Shown here in pieces: positions 56,401 through 64,000 of a DNA stretch of 64,000 bases. Made by a program: the position numbers and the translations under genes. The notes under the pieces are model-generated. The model was given only the letters and a program-made list of their open reading frames with translations, did no database searches and had not been told where the DNA came from. Source of the DNA: an uncultured delta proteobacterium (GTDB lineage: Bacteria; Desulfobacterota; WTBG01); the NCBI GenBank assembly GCA_963751515.1, contig CAVVUR010000004.1:47640-111639 (forward strand), written 5' to 3'. Each line of letters begins with the position of its first letter. The stretch's first letter is position 1.

Positions 56401-56605
56401 AAAAGCCCAGACATCCGGTTTTGGTAACCAGGGCATCGAGCCTCTTCTTTTTCACCTCCTGCTGGAATGCGGCATAAACGGCATCAGCCCCGGCGGCGAT
56501 GCCGCAGCTTCCCAGGCCCACCGCAACCCTGGCCCGGGCAGGGAAAAGATCCTTTTGAGCCCTGCGCCTGATCTTCTGCAAAGCGGTTGTGCTGGCAACC
56601 TTCAT
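53453..56605 (-). CDS. Fusion flavoprotein: thioredoxin-like [2Fe-2S] domain + NuoF/HydB-type NAD(H)/FMN/[4Fe-4S] module + GltD/NfnB-type FeS and FAD/NAD(P)H module (1050 aa)
   Basis: The N-terminal ...[14 protein letters not shown]...CLGFCGEEP is followed by [17 protein letters not shown], ...[13 protein letters not shown]..., [12 protein letters not shown] and the SLBB region. The second half contains ...[10 protein letters not shown]..., [50 protein letters not shown] and [14 protein letters not shown]. Confidence 0.85.
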   Translation of the reverse strand: [1050 protein letters not shown]

Positions 56606-57063
56606 CCTTCCTCCTTGTACTTCTCGACAATACCCCGCACCTTATCCACGGTGCTGTACCCGTATACATCGTTGGCCCCCACTCTCACCACCGGCGCCAG
56701 ACTGCAGCAGCCGACGCAGCGAAGCGTTTCCAGGGTAAAATTCTTGTCTTCGGTGGTATCACCGACCTTGATGCCCAGCATCTGGGATAGCCCCTTGAGT
56801 ATCCGTGATCCCCCCCGCACATGGCAGGCGGTACCCAGGCATACATGCAGGGTGTGCTTGCCGCGCGGCTTCAGGGAAAACGCCGAATAAAACGTGGCCA
56901 TGCTGAACAGCTGCGCCAGATGGACCTTCATCTTTTCGCTCACCTCCTGCAGCGCATCCTGGGGCAGATAGCCATAGACCTCCTGGATTTTTTCAAGCAC
57001 GGAAATGATTTCACCGGGTTTGCCCTTATACTCAGCCAGTATCTTGTCAATGGTGGCGCTCAT
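56602..57063 (-). CDS. NuoE/HydC-type thioredoxin-like [2Fe-2S] protein
   Basis: 153 aa: ...IISVLEKIQEVYGYLP...HVCLGTACHVRG...LRCVGCCSLAPVV. The stop overlaps the downstream start (ATGA). Confidence 0.88.
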   Translation of the reverse strand: MSATIDKILAEYKGKPGEIISVLEKIQEVYGYLPQDALQEVSEKMKVHLAQLFSMATFYSAFSLKPRGKHTLHVCLGTACHVRGGSRILKGLSQMLGIKVGDTTEDKNFTLETLRCVGCCSLAPVVRVGANDVYGYSTVDKVRGIVEKYKEEG

Positions 57064-57094
57064 CTGCTGCTCCGATAGTAAGAAAGTTTACTGC

Positions 57095-59125
57095 CTATCT
57101 CTTTTTCGCACGCTTGATGGTTCGTGCGCCGGACCGGCGGGTTCCTGCCGTCGCTCTCTTATTCCCCGCCCGGACACCGGTTCCCTTTGTTTTCAGCGCA
57201 TCGGCAACTTCCCGCAGCCCCAATTCCTGCAGCCGCTTAAAGGCGGGAACGCCCTCCTTGTTCCACCCTCTCAGGCGGTAATACCTGTCGAGGACTTTTT
57301 CATATTTCTCCCGGTTGACGGGCGGGACCGGCGGTGATGCAACCGCATCTTCACGAACGCACCCCTGGTTGAGACACTTCCAGTTGGGCAGGTCATCTTC
57401 GCGGGTGATGCCTCTCAGTACAATGACCGCCCGTTCGATTTGATACGCCCGCTCCCCGATGGCAAGCAGTTCATCCCTGGTAAACCGCATCCCGGTTGCA
57501 TAGCGGAGCGCCCCGGTTACATACTGCCACATCCGTTCCATGTCCTGCGGGCGGTCGTGCCAATAACCATAGTGTCCAAAGGAGTATTTACAGATGCCCA
57601 GGGCATCAGGCAGCTCAAAGAAGTTCTCGTAAAACTCCACCAGCCGCGCCTTGGCTTCAGGATGATAGGAAAGGGGATCCGCCGCCTCCTTGAATCCGGT
57701 TATCTGCCTGGCCACCGCGGGGCTCCCCATCCACTCTGCCGTGGGCAGCCCGGACAGCGGGTGCGCCCCCCGGGGTGAAAGTGCCATGGAAAGCATGGCG
57801 CCCACCGCGGGACGGGTCTCGATGCCGGAAGAACACATCCCCTTCTGGTGGTAGACGCAGTTCAGCGCCTCCGTTCCCAGTCCCTTGCCCACCCGGTAGG
57901 AGCCCTCCGCCAGGCGCTCTCCGCAGCCTTTTCTCATGGCAATTTTTGGCAGGAGCTCCATCATGCCTTCGCCATTGCCCCACTGCATCCGCACGCCATC
58001 GGTAAAGGACTCATCGACGATTCCCTTTTCATGCCATTCCATCAGATTGGAAAAGATATTTCCTGCTTCCACCGGATCAAGACCAAGATCGTTGCAGAGG
58101 GAGTTCAGTGCGACCACCACCTTTCCCCGATGTTCAAGGCAATTATGTCCCAGGGATACAACCGCATCATAACCCGGCCCGCCGCTGCAGGAAGCAGAAG
58201 GATCCTGGGGGCGGTATGCGCCAAGGCAATGCACCGGGCAGGCCGAGCACGCATCCTGTCGTTCCCTCGCCGCGCTTCCGGTGATCTCGGTGAGATCCCG
58301 GTCCTCCGGCCAGATACCGCAGCGGCTCCAGTTTTTCATGGGGGTCATGCCCATGCGCCCGAACCATCTGATGAATCCCGGCGTGCCGGAATGTGACATG
58401 ATCTGATAGCTCCGGCTGTGCAGCGGGCCGAAGCGGGGGTCCATGAGGTCTTTCTGACACTGTAACGACAGCGCAAGAAAGTTTTTCGGGTCATGGACGG
58501 TGACACCCCGGCTTCCCTGGATTACCAGCCCCTTGAGATTTTTTGAACCCATCACCGCCCCGCCCCCGCATCTTCCCAGGCTGCTGGAACGATTGGTCCT
58601 CACGCTTGCAAAGCGCACCAGCTTTTCACCCGCGGGTCCGATCACCAGAACCTGGGCGCCGCTGTGTCTCGTAAGCAACCGGCCGATGGATTCGTTCGCG
58701 CCTTTACCCCAGATGTCCCGGGCAGGCTTTAACTCGACCCGGTCATCCTCAATATGAATGTAGACCGGTTTTGCGGCCTTGCCGGTAATCATTACCGCAT
58801 CCCAGCCGGCATGCTTAAGTTCAGGGCCTACCCCGCCCCCCACATTGGAATCACCCCAGCCGCTGTACGCGAGGGGTGAAATAAAGGTTGCCTGCAGCCG
58901 CGCCGAGCAGGGCCAGGTCGTTCCGCAGAGCGGTCCCGCTCCCAGCACCAGGGGGTTTGCAGGTTCGAAAGGAGCAACGGTTGCGACATCGGCGCTGCGG
59001 AAAAGCAGCATATGATTGAGGGCCCTTCCCCCCAGATAGTTCTTGAAATATGAACCAAGGTCGTCGGCCGTGCAGCTTCCTTTCGTGAGGTCGACCCTCA
59101 AAAGCTTTCCGGTAAAGCCATGCAT
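57095..59125 (-). CDS. Aldehyde:ferredoxin oxidoreductase (AOR) family tungsto/molybdopterin enzyme, copy 2
   Basis: The start is at ATG 59125 (SD GGGAGG; MHGFTGKLLRVDLTKG...), 1 nt after the ferredoxin stop. AOR N- and C-domain motifs are ...GGRALNHMLL..., ...RCGGGAVMGSKNLKG..., ...CSACPVHC... and ...NDLGLDPVEAG... The protein has an unusual basic roughly 45-aa tail (...GNKRATAGTRRSGARTIKRAKKR). Confidence 0.85.
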   Translation of the reverse strand: MHGFTGKLLRVDLTKGSCTADDLGSYFKNYLGGRALNHMLLFRSADVATVAPFEPANPLVLGAGPLCGTTWPCSARLQATFISPLAYSGWGDSNVGGGVGPELKHAGWDAVMITGKAAKPVYIHIEDDRVELKPARDIWGKGANESIGRLLTRHSGAQVLVIGPAGEKLVRFASVRTNRSSSLGRCGGGAVMGSKNLKGLVIQGSRGVTVHDPKNFLALSLQCQKDLMDPRFGPLHSRSYQIMSHSGTPGFIRWFGRMGMTPMKNWSRCGIWPEDRDLTEITGSAARERQDACSACPVHCLGAYRPQDPSASCSGGPGYDAVVSLGHNCLEHRGKVVVALNSLCNDLGLDPVEAGNIFSNLMEWHEKGIVDESFTDGVRMQWGNGEGMMELLPKIAMRKGCGERLAEGSYRVGKGLGTEALNCVYHQKGMCSSGIETRPAVGAMLSMALSPRGAHPLSGLPTAEWMGSPAVARQITGFKEAADPLSYHPEAKARLVEFYENFFELPDALGICKYSFGHYGYWHDRPQDMERMWQYVTGALRYATGMRFTRDELLAIGERAYQIERAVIVLRGITREDDLPNWKCLNQGCVREDAVASPPVPPVNREKYEKVLDRYYRLRGWNKEGVPAFKRLQELGLREVADALKTKGTGVRAGNKRATAGTRRSGARTIKRAKKR

Positions 59126-59126
59126 A

Positions 59127-59609
59127 TCATCTACCTCCCAGTATACCCTTCTTCTCCATCGCATCGAGCCGGGCCCTCTGCCTGATGAGATCATAGGAGC
59201 GCGGGGTGACATACTCAATCGCGCCTGTCGGGCACCATTGGGCACAGGCGGGGTCTCCCGAACAGAGGTCGCATTTGACCACCTTTTTGGTCAAGGGGTC
59301 CATGGAGATTGCCCCGAAGGGGCAGGCGATCATGCACATCCGGCAGCCGATGCACTTTTTCTCATTGAGGATTTTTGCCCCGGTGGCCTCGTCGAGAACA
59401 ATCGCCTGCGCGGGGCAGGTATTCATGCAGGCAGCGTCTTCACACTGCTGACACTGCATGGGAACATCCAGGATGGTTTCTTCAAAGTGAACGTTCCTTC
59501 GCCGGGAACTGCGGGGATTGCACACGCCGGTCTGCACCAGGGAACATGCCAGCTCACAGGTATTGCACCCGGTGCATTGTTCAGGGTGAAACAGCAACAT
59601 CTTCTTCAT
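59127..59609 (-). CDS. 4Fe-4S dicluster ferredoxin-like partner subunit (AorA/BamC-like), copy 2
   Basis: The start is at ATG 59609 (MKKMLLFHPEQCTGCNTCELACS). Further CxxCxxCxxxC motifs are CQQCEDAACMNTCP, CIGCRMCMIACP and CDLCSGDPACAQWCP. Confidence 0.85.
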   Translation of the reverse strand: MKKMLLFHPEQCTGCNTCELACSLVQTGVCNPRSSRRRNVHFEETILDVPMQCQQCEDAACMNTCPAQAIVLDEATGAKILNEKKCIGCRMCMIACPFGAISMDPLTKKVVKCDLCSGDPACAQWCPTGAIEYVTPRSYDLIRQRARLDAMEKKGILGGR

Positions 59610-59830
59610 GCTCAGTTCCTTTGCAGGGGCTCCATACAATAAAATAATTACAATAGTAATGCGGGAGGGGTGAAAAAAAAGGCTCTGCCTCCAATAATTA
59701 AGCCCATCCAGGGCCAATCACCATCTTTTATAGGTGTATCAATGCCCCGGGGGCAGCGCATCCCTTCCGATACGAGGGAGCCTCCCACACAGGCGGGAGG
59801 CTCCCCAATACACGGACATCAGATTACATC

Positions 59831-60082
59831 TCATTCCGCCAAGGCATAGACCAGCGAGGTAAATCCTTTTGCAATGGCTTCCTTGGAATCCTGGTGAGAG
59901 ATGACTTTCTTCTTCTCTAACGCTTGAACCAGTTTCTCAAATCCTGTCAGCAACAGGACCTTTCGCTCCTGATTATCAATAATCCCTTTGTCTTTGAGCA
60001 GGTTGAGAAGATCAAGGAAGAAGTCGTCCATCTCAGCAAATTGTTTTGCCTGTTGTTTCGTCATTACTGCCATCGCCGTCAC
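59831..60082 (-). CDS. Small hypothetical protein between the two AOR modules
   Basis: 83-aa ORF, helical-looking (..QQAKQFAEMDDFFLDLLNLLKDKGII...), 14 nt downstream of the AOR copy 1 stop. I recognise no motif. Confidence 0.45.
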   Translation of the reverse strand: MTAMAVMTKQQAKQFAEMDDFFLDLLNLLKDKGIIDNQERKVLLLTGFEKLVQALEKKKVISHQDSKEAIAKGFTSLVYALAE

Positions 60083-60096
60083 TCCTTTTCCTTGAA

Positions 60097-62061
60097 TTAA
60101 TAATAATACTTCTTTTTCTTCTGCTCCGATTCACTCATGTATCTCTTCCGCAAGGGACGTATATCTTCAGCCACGTAATCGAGACCAAGCTGCTTGAGCT
60201 TCCTCTCGCTGGGGAATCCCGTTCCCGGCTCATAATCCCGGTACTTGTAGTACTTGGGAAGCATCTCATTAATGGGAAGGGTGGCGCCTACATTGGTCTG
60301 ATAGTCAACGTGCTGCGGCATGGGCTCCTTGGTAAAGCGTTCAGGAACCACATCCTCCCGGGCGCCCGACATCTGGCGAGCCCAGTAGGCCCTTTCAAGA
60401 TTATACACCCGCTCTCCAACCTCAAGGAACTCCTCTATGGACATGTCCATACCGGTGCAGGCATTGAAGTAGTCTAACTGATCCTGGGTTAACACGGTAT
60501 AGCACCAGTGGGTGGTGAAACAGCAGACGTTCAGACAGTCGGTCACGGTCTTCTGGTTCTCTTCATAATACACCATGTACGGCTTGCCTACCGTAGTCAC
60601 CGGTTTTGCCGGTCTCTCATCACCGAGGATCTTGGTGTTCAGGCCGGGATAGAGGGCTCCTGAAAGTTCCAGGCAGCACAGCGACCTGAGGTGATCGCAT
60701 CCGCCGCGGGTACCCACGGCAAAGGAAAGCCCGTAGCCGAAACCCAATCCGCGGGGATCATCACCCGGAAGCGTCATGCCCCTGGTGGTAATGGTGTAGT
60801 AGTGACCTTTATCGCCCAGGCCCAGTTTATCAGAGGCCCGGTCGCCGCCCTCGGCCAGGATATCTCCGAAACCTCTCCGGTAGGCTATATCCTGAATGAG
60901 CTGGTCCACCACCTTCTCGTCACCCCACTCAAGCTCCAGTCCTCCCGTATCCTTGGCGGTAATCAGACCGCGCTGGTACCACTCCATGGCAACGGAAATC
61001 ACTCCACCGGTTTCGATGCCGTCCATGCCCAGGTCATTGGTAAGTCTCGCATTATGCCAGATGTCATTGGCATCCTCGATAATGCCGACCCGGGGACCGG
61101 TCGGAACCGCGTGCTCGTATTCAGGGCCGCCGAATTCTTCTCCGGCCCAGCGGCCGTCCTTGATGGAGGTGAACCGCCCGCAGCAGATGGGGCAGGCATA
61201 GCAGCCTTCCCGGTGTTTAAGCACGGTTTTGGCGTGTGTTTCACCGGACATGTTATTGGCCAGCGGCGTGCCGCCGTACTGCAGATTCTTCCAGGGCAGC
61301 CATCCGTCCCGGTTGGCGATATTAATCAAGCACAGGCTGCCATATTCGTAGAGGCCCATCTTCATGGGGTCGTTTTTAAACGCCTGCCTCAGGCGATTGC
61401 AGATCTCGAAAAACTCTTTCGGCCGCGCAATCTTAACGCTTCCGGAGCCCCGGGTTGCAATCCCTTTGAGATTCTTGGAGCCGATGACCGCCCCGTGACC
61501 GGTTCTTCCTGCTGCCCGCCACACGTCATTAAAGGTGCAGGCAAAGCGGACCAGGTTTTCCCCGGCGGGCCCGATGAGCATAATATGGATATCCTCATCC
61601 TTGAGCTCCTGCTTGATCATGGTGTCCGCATCCCGGGGAAATTTGCCCCAGATATTCGCGGCATCCCGTATTTCCACCTTATCATCATCGATCCAGATAT
61701 AAACCGGTTTTTTCGCCCTTCCCTGGACAATGATCTGGTCATATCCGGCGTACTTGACCTCTGCTCCCCAGTGACCGCCCATGCTGGAGTCTCCGAAGCC
61801 GCCGGTCAAGGGTGACTTGCAGGTTACCGTGACGCGCCCGGTTGAGGGAGCCGCAGTGCCGTTGAGCGGACCCACACCGAAACACACCCGGGCTTTCGGG
61901 TCAAAGGGATCCATGTCGGGAGACACTTCATTGTAGATAACATCCGAATTAAAACCGCGTCCGCCGATCCATTTCCTGCGGTATTCTAACGACAGTGGTT
62001 CTTTAATGATATCACCTTTGCTGAGATCAATTCTTAGTCTCTGTCCGGCCCATCCGTACAT
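60097..62061 (-). CDS. aor: Aldehyde:ferredoxin oxidoreductase (AOR) family tungsto/molybdopterin enzyme, copy 1
   Basis: 654 aa: MYGWAGQRLRIDLSKG..., GRTGHGAVIGSKNLKG, GCYACPICCG, NDLGMDGIETGG, GTRGGCDHLR and DCLNVCCF. This is the canonical AOR motif set. Confidence 0.9.
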   Translation of the reverse strand: MYGWAGQRLRIDLSKGDIIKEPLSLEYRRKWIGGRGFNSDVIYNEVSPDMDPFDPKARVCFGVGPLNGTAAPSTGRVTVTCKSPLTGGFGDSSMGGHWGAEVKYAGYDQIIVQGRAKKPVYIWIDDDKVEIRDAANIWGKFPRDADTMIKQELKDEDIHIMLIGPAGENLVRFACTFNDVWRAAGRTGHGAVIGSKNLKGIATRGSGSVKIARPKEFFEICNRLRQAFKNDPMKMGLYEYGSLCLINIANRDGWLPWKNLQYGGTPLANNMSGETHAKTVLKHREGCYACPICCGRFTSIKDGRWAGEEFGGPEYEHAVPTGPRVGIIEDANDIWHNARLTNDLGMDGIETGGVISVAMEWYQRGLITAKDTGGLELEWGDEKVVDQLIQDIAYRRGFGDILAEGGDRASDKLGLGDKGHYYTITTRGMTLPGDDPRGLGFGYGLSFAVGTRGGCDHLRSLCCLELSGALYPGLNTKILGDERPAKPVTTVGKPYMVYYEENQKTVTDCLNVCCFTTHWCYTVLTQDQLDYFNACTGMDMSIEEFLEVGERVYNLERAYWARQMSGAREDVVPERFTKEPMPQHVDYQTNVGATLPINEMLPKYYKYRDYEPGTGFPSERKLKQLGLDYVAEDIRPLRKRYMSESEQKKKKYYY

Positions 62062-62062
62062 A

Positions 62063-62560
62063 TTAGCTCACCTCCTTCGCCATGGTGGCGGCATTAATTC
62101 TTTCCTGCAATTTGTGCCGCTTCTTGGCTTTAGCTGCTATTTCCGGGCTCATCCAGGTAATGGCACCGCTGGGACACCAGTCAGCACATACCGGTCCATC
62201 AACGCGACCTTCACACAAATCGCACTTGAATGACTTTCTGGTAACCGGGTGAATACTGATGGCTCCAAACGGGCAGTGAATCAAACATTCTTTGCAGCCG
62301 ATACACTTGTTGGCATCGATCTTGGCGATCCCCATTTTGGGATCGAGCGCGCACGCCCCGGTGGGACACACGGCAGCGCAGGGCGGATCCGTGCAGAGGT
62401 CACAGCCAGCAACGAAACTTTCACCATAGCGCTCGTTACGAACGACGTTGATGCGTGAAAGTAGCTTGCTGCACTCTCCCTCATGATACAAGGAACAGCC
62501 CACGACGCAGCTTCTGCATCCGGTACATTTCTCTTGATCATAGATCAGCAACTTGTCCAT
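62063..62560 (-). CDS. 4Fe-4S dicluster ferredoxin-like partner subunit (AorA/BamC-like), copy 1
   Basis: The likely start is the ATG at 62560 (SD AAGGGGA 8 nt upstream; MDKLLIYDQEKCTGCRSCVVGCS). Further motifs are CDLCTDPPCAAVCP, CIGCKECLIHCP and CDLCEGRVDGPVCADWCP. The stop is 1 nt before the AOR start. Confidence 0.85.
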   Translation of the reverse strand: MDKLLIYDQEKCTGCRSCVVGCSLYHEGECSKLLSRINVVRNERYGESFVAGCDLCTDPPCAAVCPTGACALDPKMGIAKIDANKCIGCKECLIHCPFGAISIHPVTRKSFKCDLCEGRVDGPVCADWCPSGAITWMSPEIAAKAKKRHKLQERINAATMAKEVS

Positions 62561-62968
62561 ATTACGTTCCCCTTTCATGTTTTGTGTTGATCAAACCTTC
62601 CCGTCCCATCCAACCTGCCCTGCAATACATCACCTCCTTTTCCCGGTCTCCGCTGCCAGGGTGCCTCTGCAAAACCCGCACTCCCCAGGTGCGCAGGCTG
62701 CTTCCTCCCCGGCACGGACCTGCATGGTTACGACAGGACAAGATATTGTAAGCTCATTCAGACATGAGCATAAACAAACAGTATGAGGTGGATATGTGAT
62801 GCTGCACATCCCTGACATTGCGGGATGTGCTGAAAACGAGTCGTACGATGCTGCTCAGAAAAAAAGTAGAAAATTTATAGCGTAATTACTCATTATTTGT
62901 CAATTTAATAATGAGGCCTCCGTCCAAATTGTGGGGCGGCAGGTACGATGCACAATCACTTTTACATT

Positions 62969-63781
62969 TTATGTCGCTTTATGAGCCGTTGCAGCGGGGG
63001 CCTGGCTCAGGGCGCGGCTTGCGGCCTGAGCGCCGTTCCGCACCGCCACCAGCTCCGCCGCGATGGATATGGCTATCTCCGCCGGGGTAGCGGCACCGAT
63101 GCTGATGCCGACAGGCGAGCAGATCTTCCTGATCACCTCGTCACTGATGCCCCGGTCGCGCAGTTGCTGAAATGCCTTGGCAACCTTGGTGCGGCTGCCG
63201 ATCATGCCCAGGTAATGAAAGGGCTTCCGGACAAGCTGCTCAAGAATTTCGAAGTCATGGGCGTGCTTGTGGGTCACGATGATCATATAGGTTCGGTCAG
63301 AGTAAGAGAGATCTCCCAGCGCCTTATCGTAGTCCTCCGCAATGACCAAGTCTGCCCAGGGAAGCCGCTCGGCGTTGGCAAAATCAGGCCGGTTATCGAC
63401 TACGGTAACATTGAAATCAAGCATTCTGCCGATTTGAGAGAGCGCGCACCCGATGTGGCCGGCGCCGAAGATAATGAGCTGCGGCGCGGGAAGCAGCGGC
63501 TCGAGAAAAACGGACATGCCCCCGCCGCAGGACATGCCTATATCCTTGAGCTCGTATTTTACCAGCTTGGGCGCAGCAGAGCTCATCATCGCCAGTGCCT
63601 CATCGAGAACTTTTTTTTCAACCGCCCCGCCTCCGATGGTACCCACCGTCGAGCCGTCTTTTTTCACCAGCATCCGGGCGCCTTCCTCGCGGGGCGCGGA
63701 CCCCAGTGATTCTATGACCGTTGCCAGCACCACCGGTATGTTTATCTTTTTTGCCGAAATAATTTCTTCAAATATATCCAT
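62969..63781 (-). CDS. xdhC: XdhC/CoxI-family molybdo/tungstopterin-enzyme maturation chaperone
   Basis: The N-terminus is MDIFEEIISAKKINIPVVLATVIESLGSAPREEGARMLVKKDGSTVGTIGGGAVE. The C-terminal Rossmann-like part is QLIIFGAGHIGCALSQI...VVDNRPDFA...IVTHKH..D. Confidence 0.85.
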   Translation of the reverse strand: MDIFEEIISAKKINIPVVLATVIESLGSAPREEGARMLVKKDGSTVGTIGGGAVEKKVLDEALAMMSSAAPKLVKYELKDIGMSCGGGMSVFLEPLLPAPQLIIFGAGHIGCALSQIGRMLDFNVTVVDNRPDFANAERLPWADLVIAEDYDKALGDLSYSDRTYMIIVTHKHAHDFEILEQLVRKPFHYLGMIGSRTKVAKAFQQLRDRGISDEVIRKICSPVGISIGAATPAEIAISIAAELVAVRNGAQAASRALSQAPAATAHKAT

Positions 63782-64000
63782 TGGTTACCTCCACGATACT
63801 GGGTCTCCTCATGATTGTCCCGGTATTGCTCAAGCGCTTTGTGCAGCGCATTCACCCCGGCCAGCGGGCAGCCGGTCTGCCGTACCAGCTCTCCCTGCAA
63901 TGCCGCGACGATGTCTTCATCCTGTAACTGTTTGGCCTCCGCAACTGTTTTCCCCAGGGCCATTCCGGTATTGCAGGTATAAAATTGCCTCCAGGACGGC
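63742..64000 (-). CDS. IscU/NifU-N-terminal-like FeS scaffold protein, partial (N-terminus beyond the window)
   Basis: The reading frame stays open to the window edge. ...TCNTGMALGKTVAEAKQLQDEDIVAALQGELVRQTGCPLAGVNALHKALEQY parallels the IscU C-terminal half (..GK...EA......I...L..LP..K.HCS.LA..A...AL..Y). Confidence 0.45.
   Translation of the reverse strand, partial: PSWRQFYTCNTGMALGKTVAEAKQLQDEDIVAALQGELVRQTGCPLAGVNALHKALEQYRDNHEETQYRGGNQWIYLKKLFRQKR

Noticed and set aside
57095-62061. Calling the AOR paralogues BamB (class II benzoyl-CoA reductase).
   Set aside because: Copy 1 shows the canonical AOR motif set (GRTG.GAV.GSK.LKG, CxxCPxxC, GTRGG.DH). No BamDEF-type heterodisulfide-reductase-like genes are present in the window. 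The assignment cannot be decided without a phylogeny.
62579-62968. Searched the 390-bp region upstream of the AOR operon for a sigma-54 (TGGCAC-N5-TTGC) promoter and noted the 9-bp inverted repeat GCACATCCC-N9-GGGATGTGC (62804-62830).
   Set aside because: No convincing -24/-12 element was found on the relevant strand. The inverted repeat alone is too short to interpret.
1-64000. Searched for tRNA, rRNA, tmRNA, CRISPR arrays and recognisable defence or toxin-antitoxin modules.
   Set aside because: I found no T-loop/acceptor-type sequences (GGTTCGAATCC-like) outside coding context, no rRNA-like conserved blocks, no short direct repeats with spacers, and no gene pairs with defence-system hallmarks. 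A proper tRNAscan or Infernal run would be needed to be certain.

Overview
This 64-kb window appears to come from an anaerobic, non-phototrophic bacterium. That is an inference from gene content (tungsten/molybdenum AOR-family enzymes, NuoE/NuoF/GltD-type flavin-FeS modules, a B12-radical SAM enzyme); a Desulfobacterota-like origin is possible but cannot be shown here.

Positions 1-14.6 kb have visibly lower GC and look like an accessory cell-surface region, all on the minus strand. They hold secreted beta-propeller / thrombospondin-type-3 / dockerin-like repeat proteins, a complete group II intron (about 1606-3791), a complete IS21-family element (6783-8996, with a 5-bp target duplication TCCCA), and a roughly 4.2-kb giant surface-protein gene broken by many frameshifts.

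Positions 15-64 kb are GC-richer and dominated by redox metabolism:
- two paralogous FMN/FeS/FAD ene-reductases
- three paralogous proteins whose sequence follows the ferredoxin-dependent bilin reductase (FDBR) layout
- several split-barrel flavoproteins
- a flavin-reductase::PCP_red-like fusion
- a B12-radical SAM gene coupled to a YqeC-like gene
- secreted hydrolases and peptidases
- a roughly 10-kb minus-strand operon with two AOR + ferredoxin pairs, NuoE-like, a NuoF::GltD fusion, a NuoG-N-terminal-like protein and an unlisted 42-aa rubredoxin-like ORF

I recognised no rRNA, tRNA or CRISPR array.

The best candidate for an undescribed system is the TetR-controlled operon at 26.8-32.6 kb. 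It combines two FDBR-fold proteins, an ene-reductase, the flavin-reductase::PCP_red fusion, a 7-TM protein and a PNPOx-like protein. Parts of it recur at 15-21 kb and 47.8-51.2 kb.

Other observations:
- a conserved leader stem-loop upstream of three surface-protein genes
- a Cys-bracketed dockerin-like module shared by five secreted proteins
- two small repeat families at gene 3' ends

Caveat: at least five genes are broken by single-nucleotide indels, several of them at short homopolymers, so consensus errors must be excluded before calling them pseudogenes. All functional calls rest on motif-level reading of the translations; no database search was possible.
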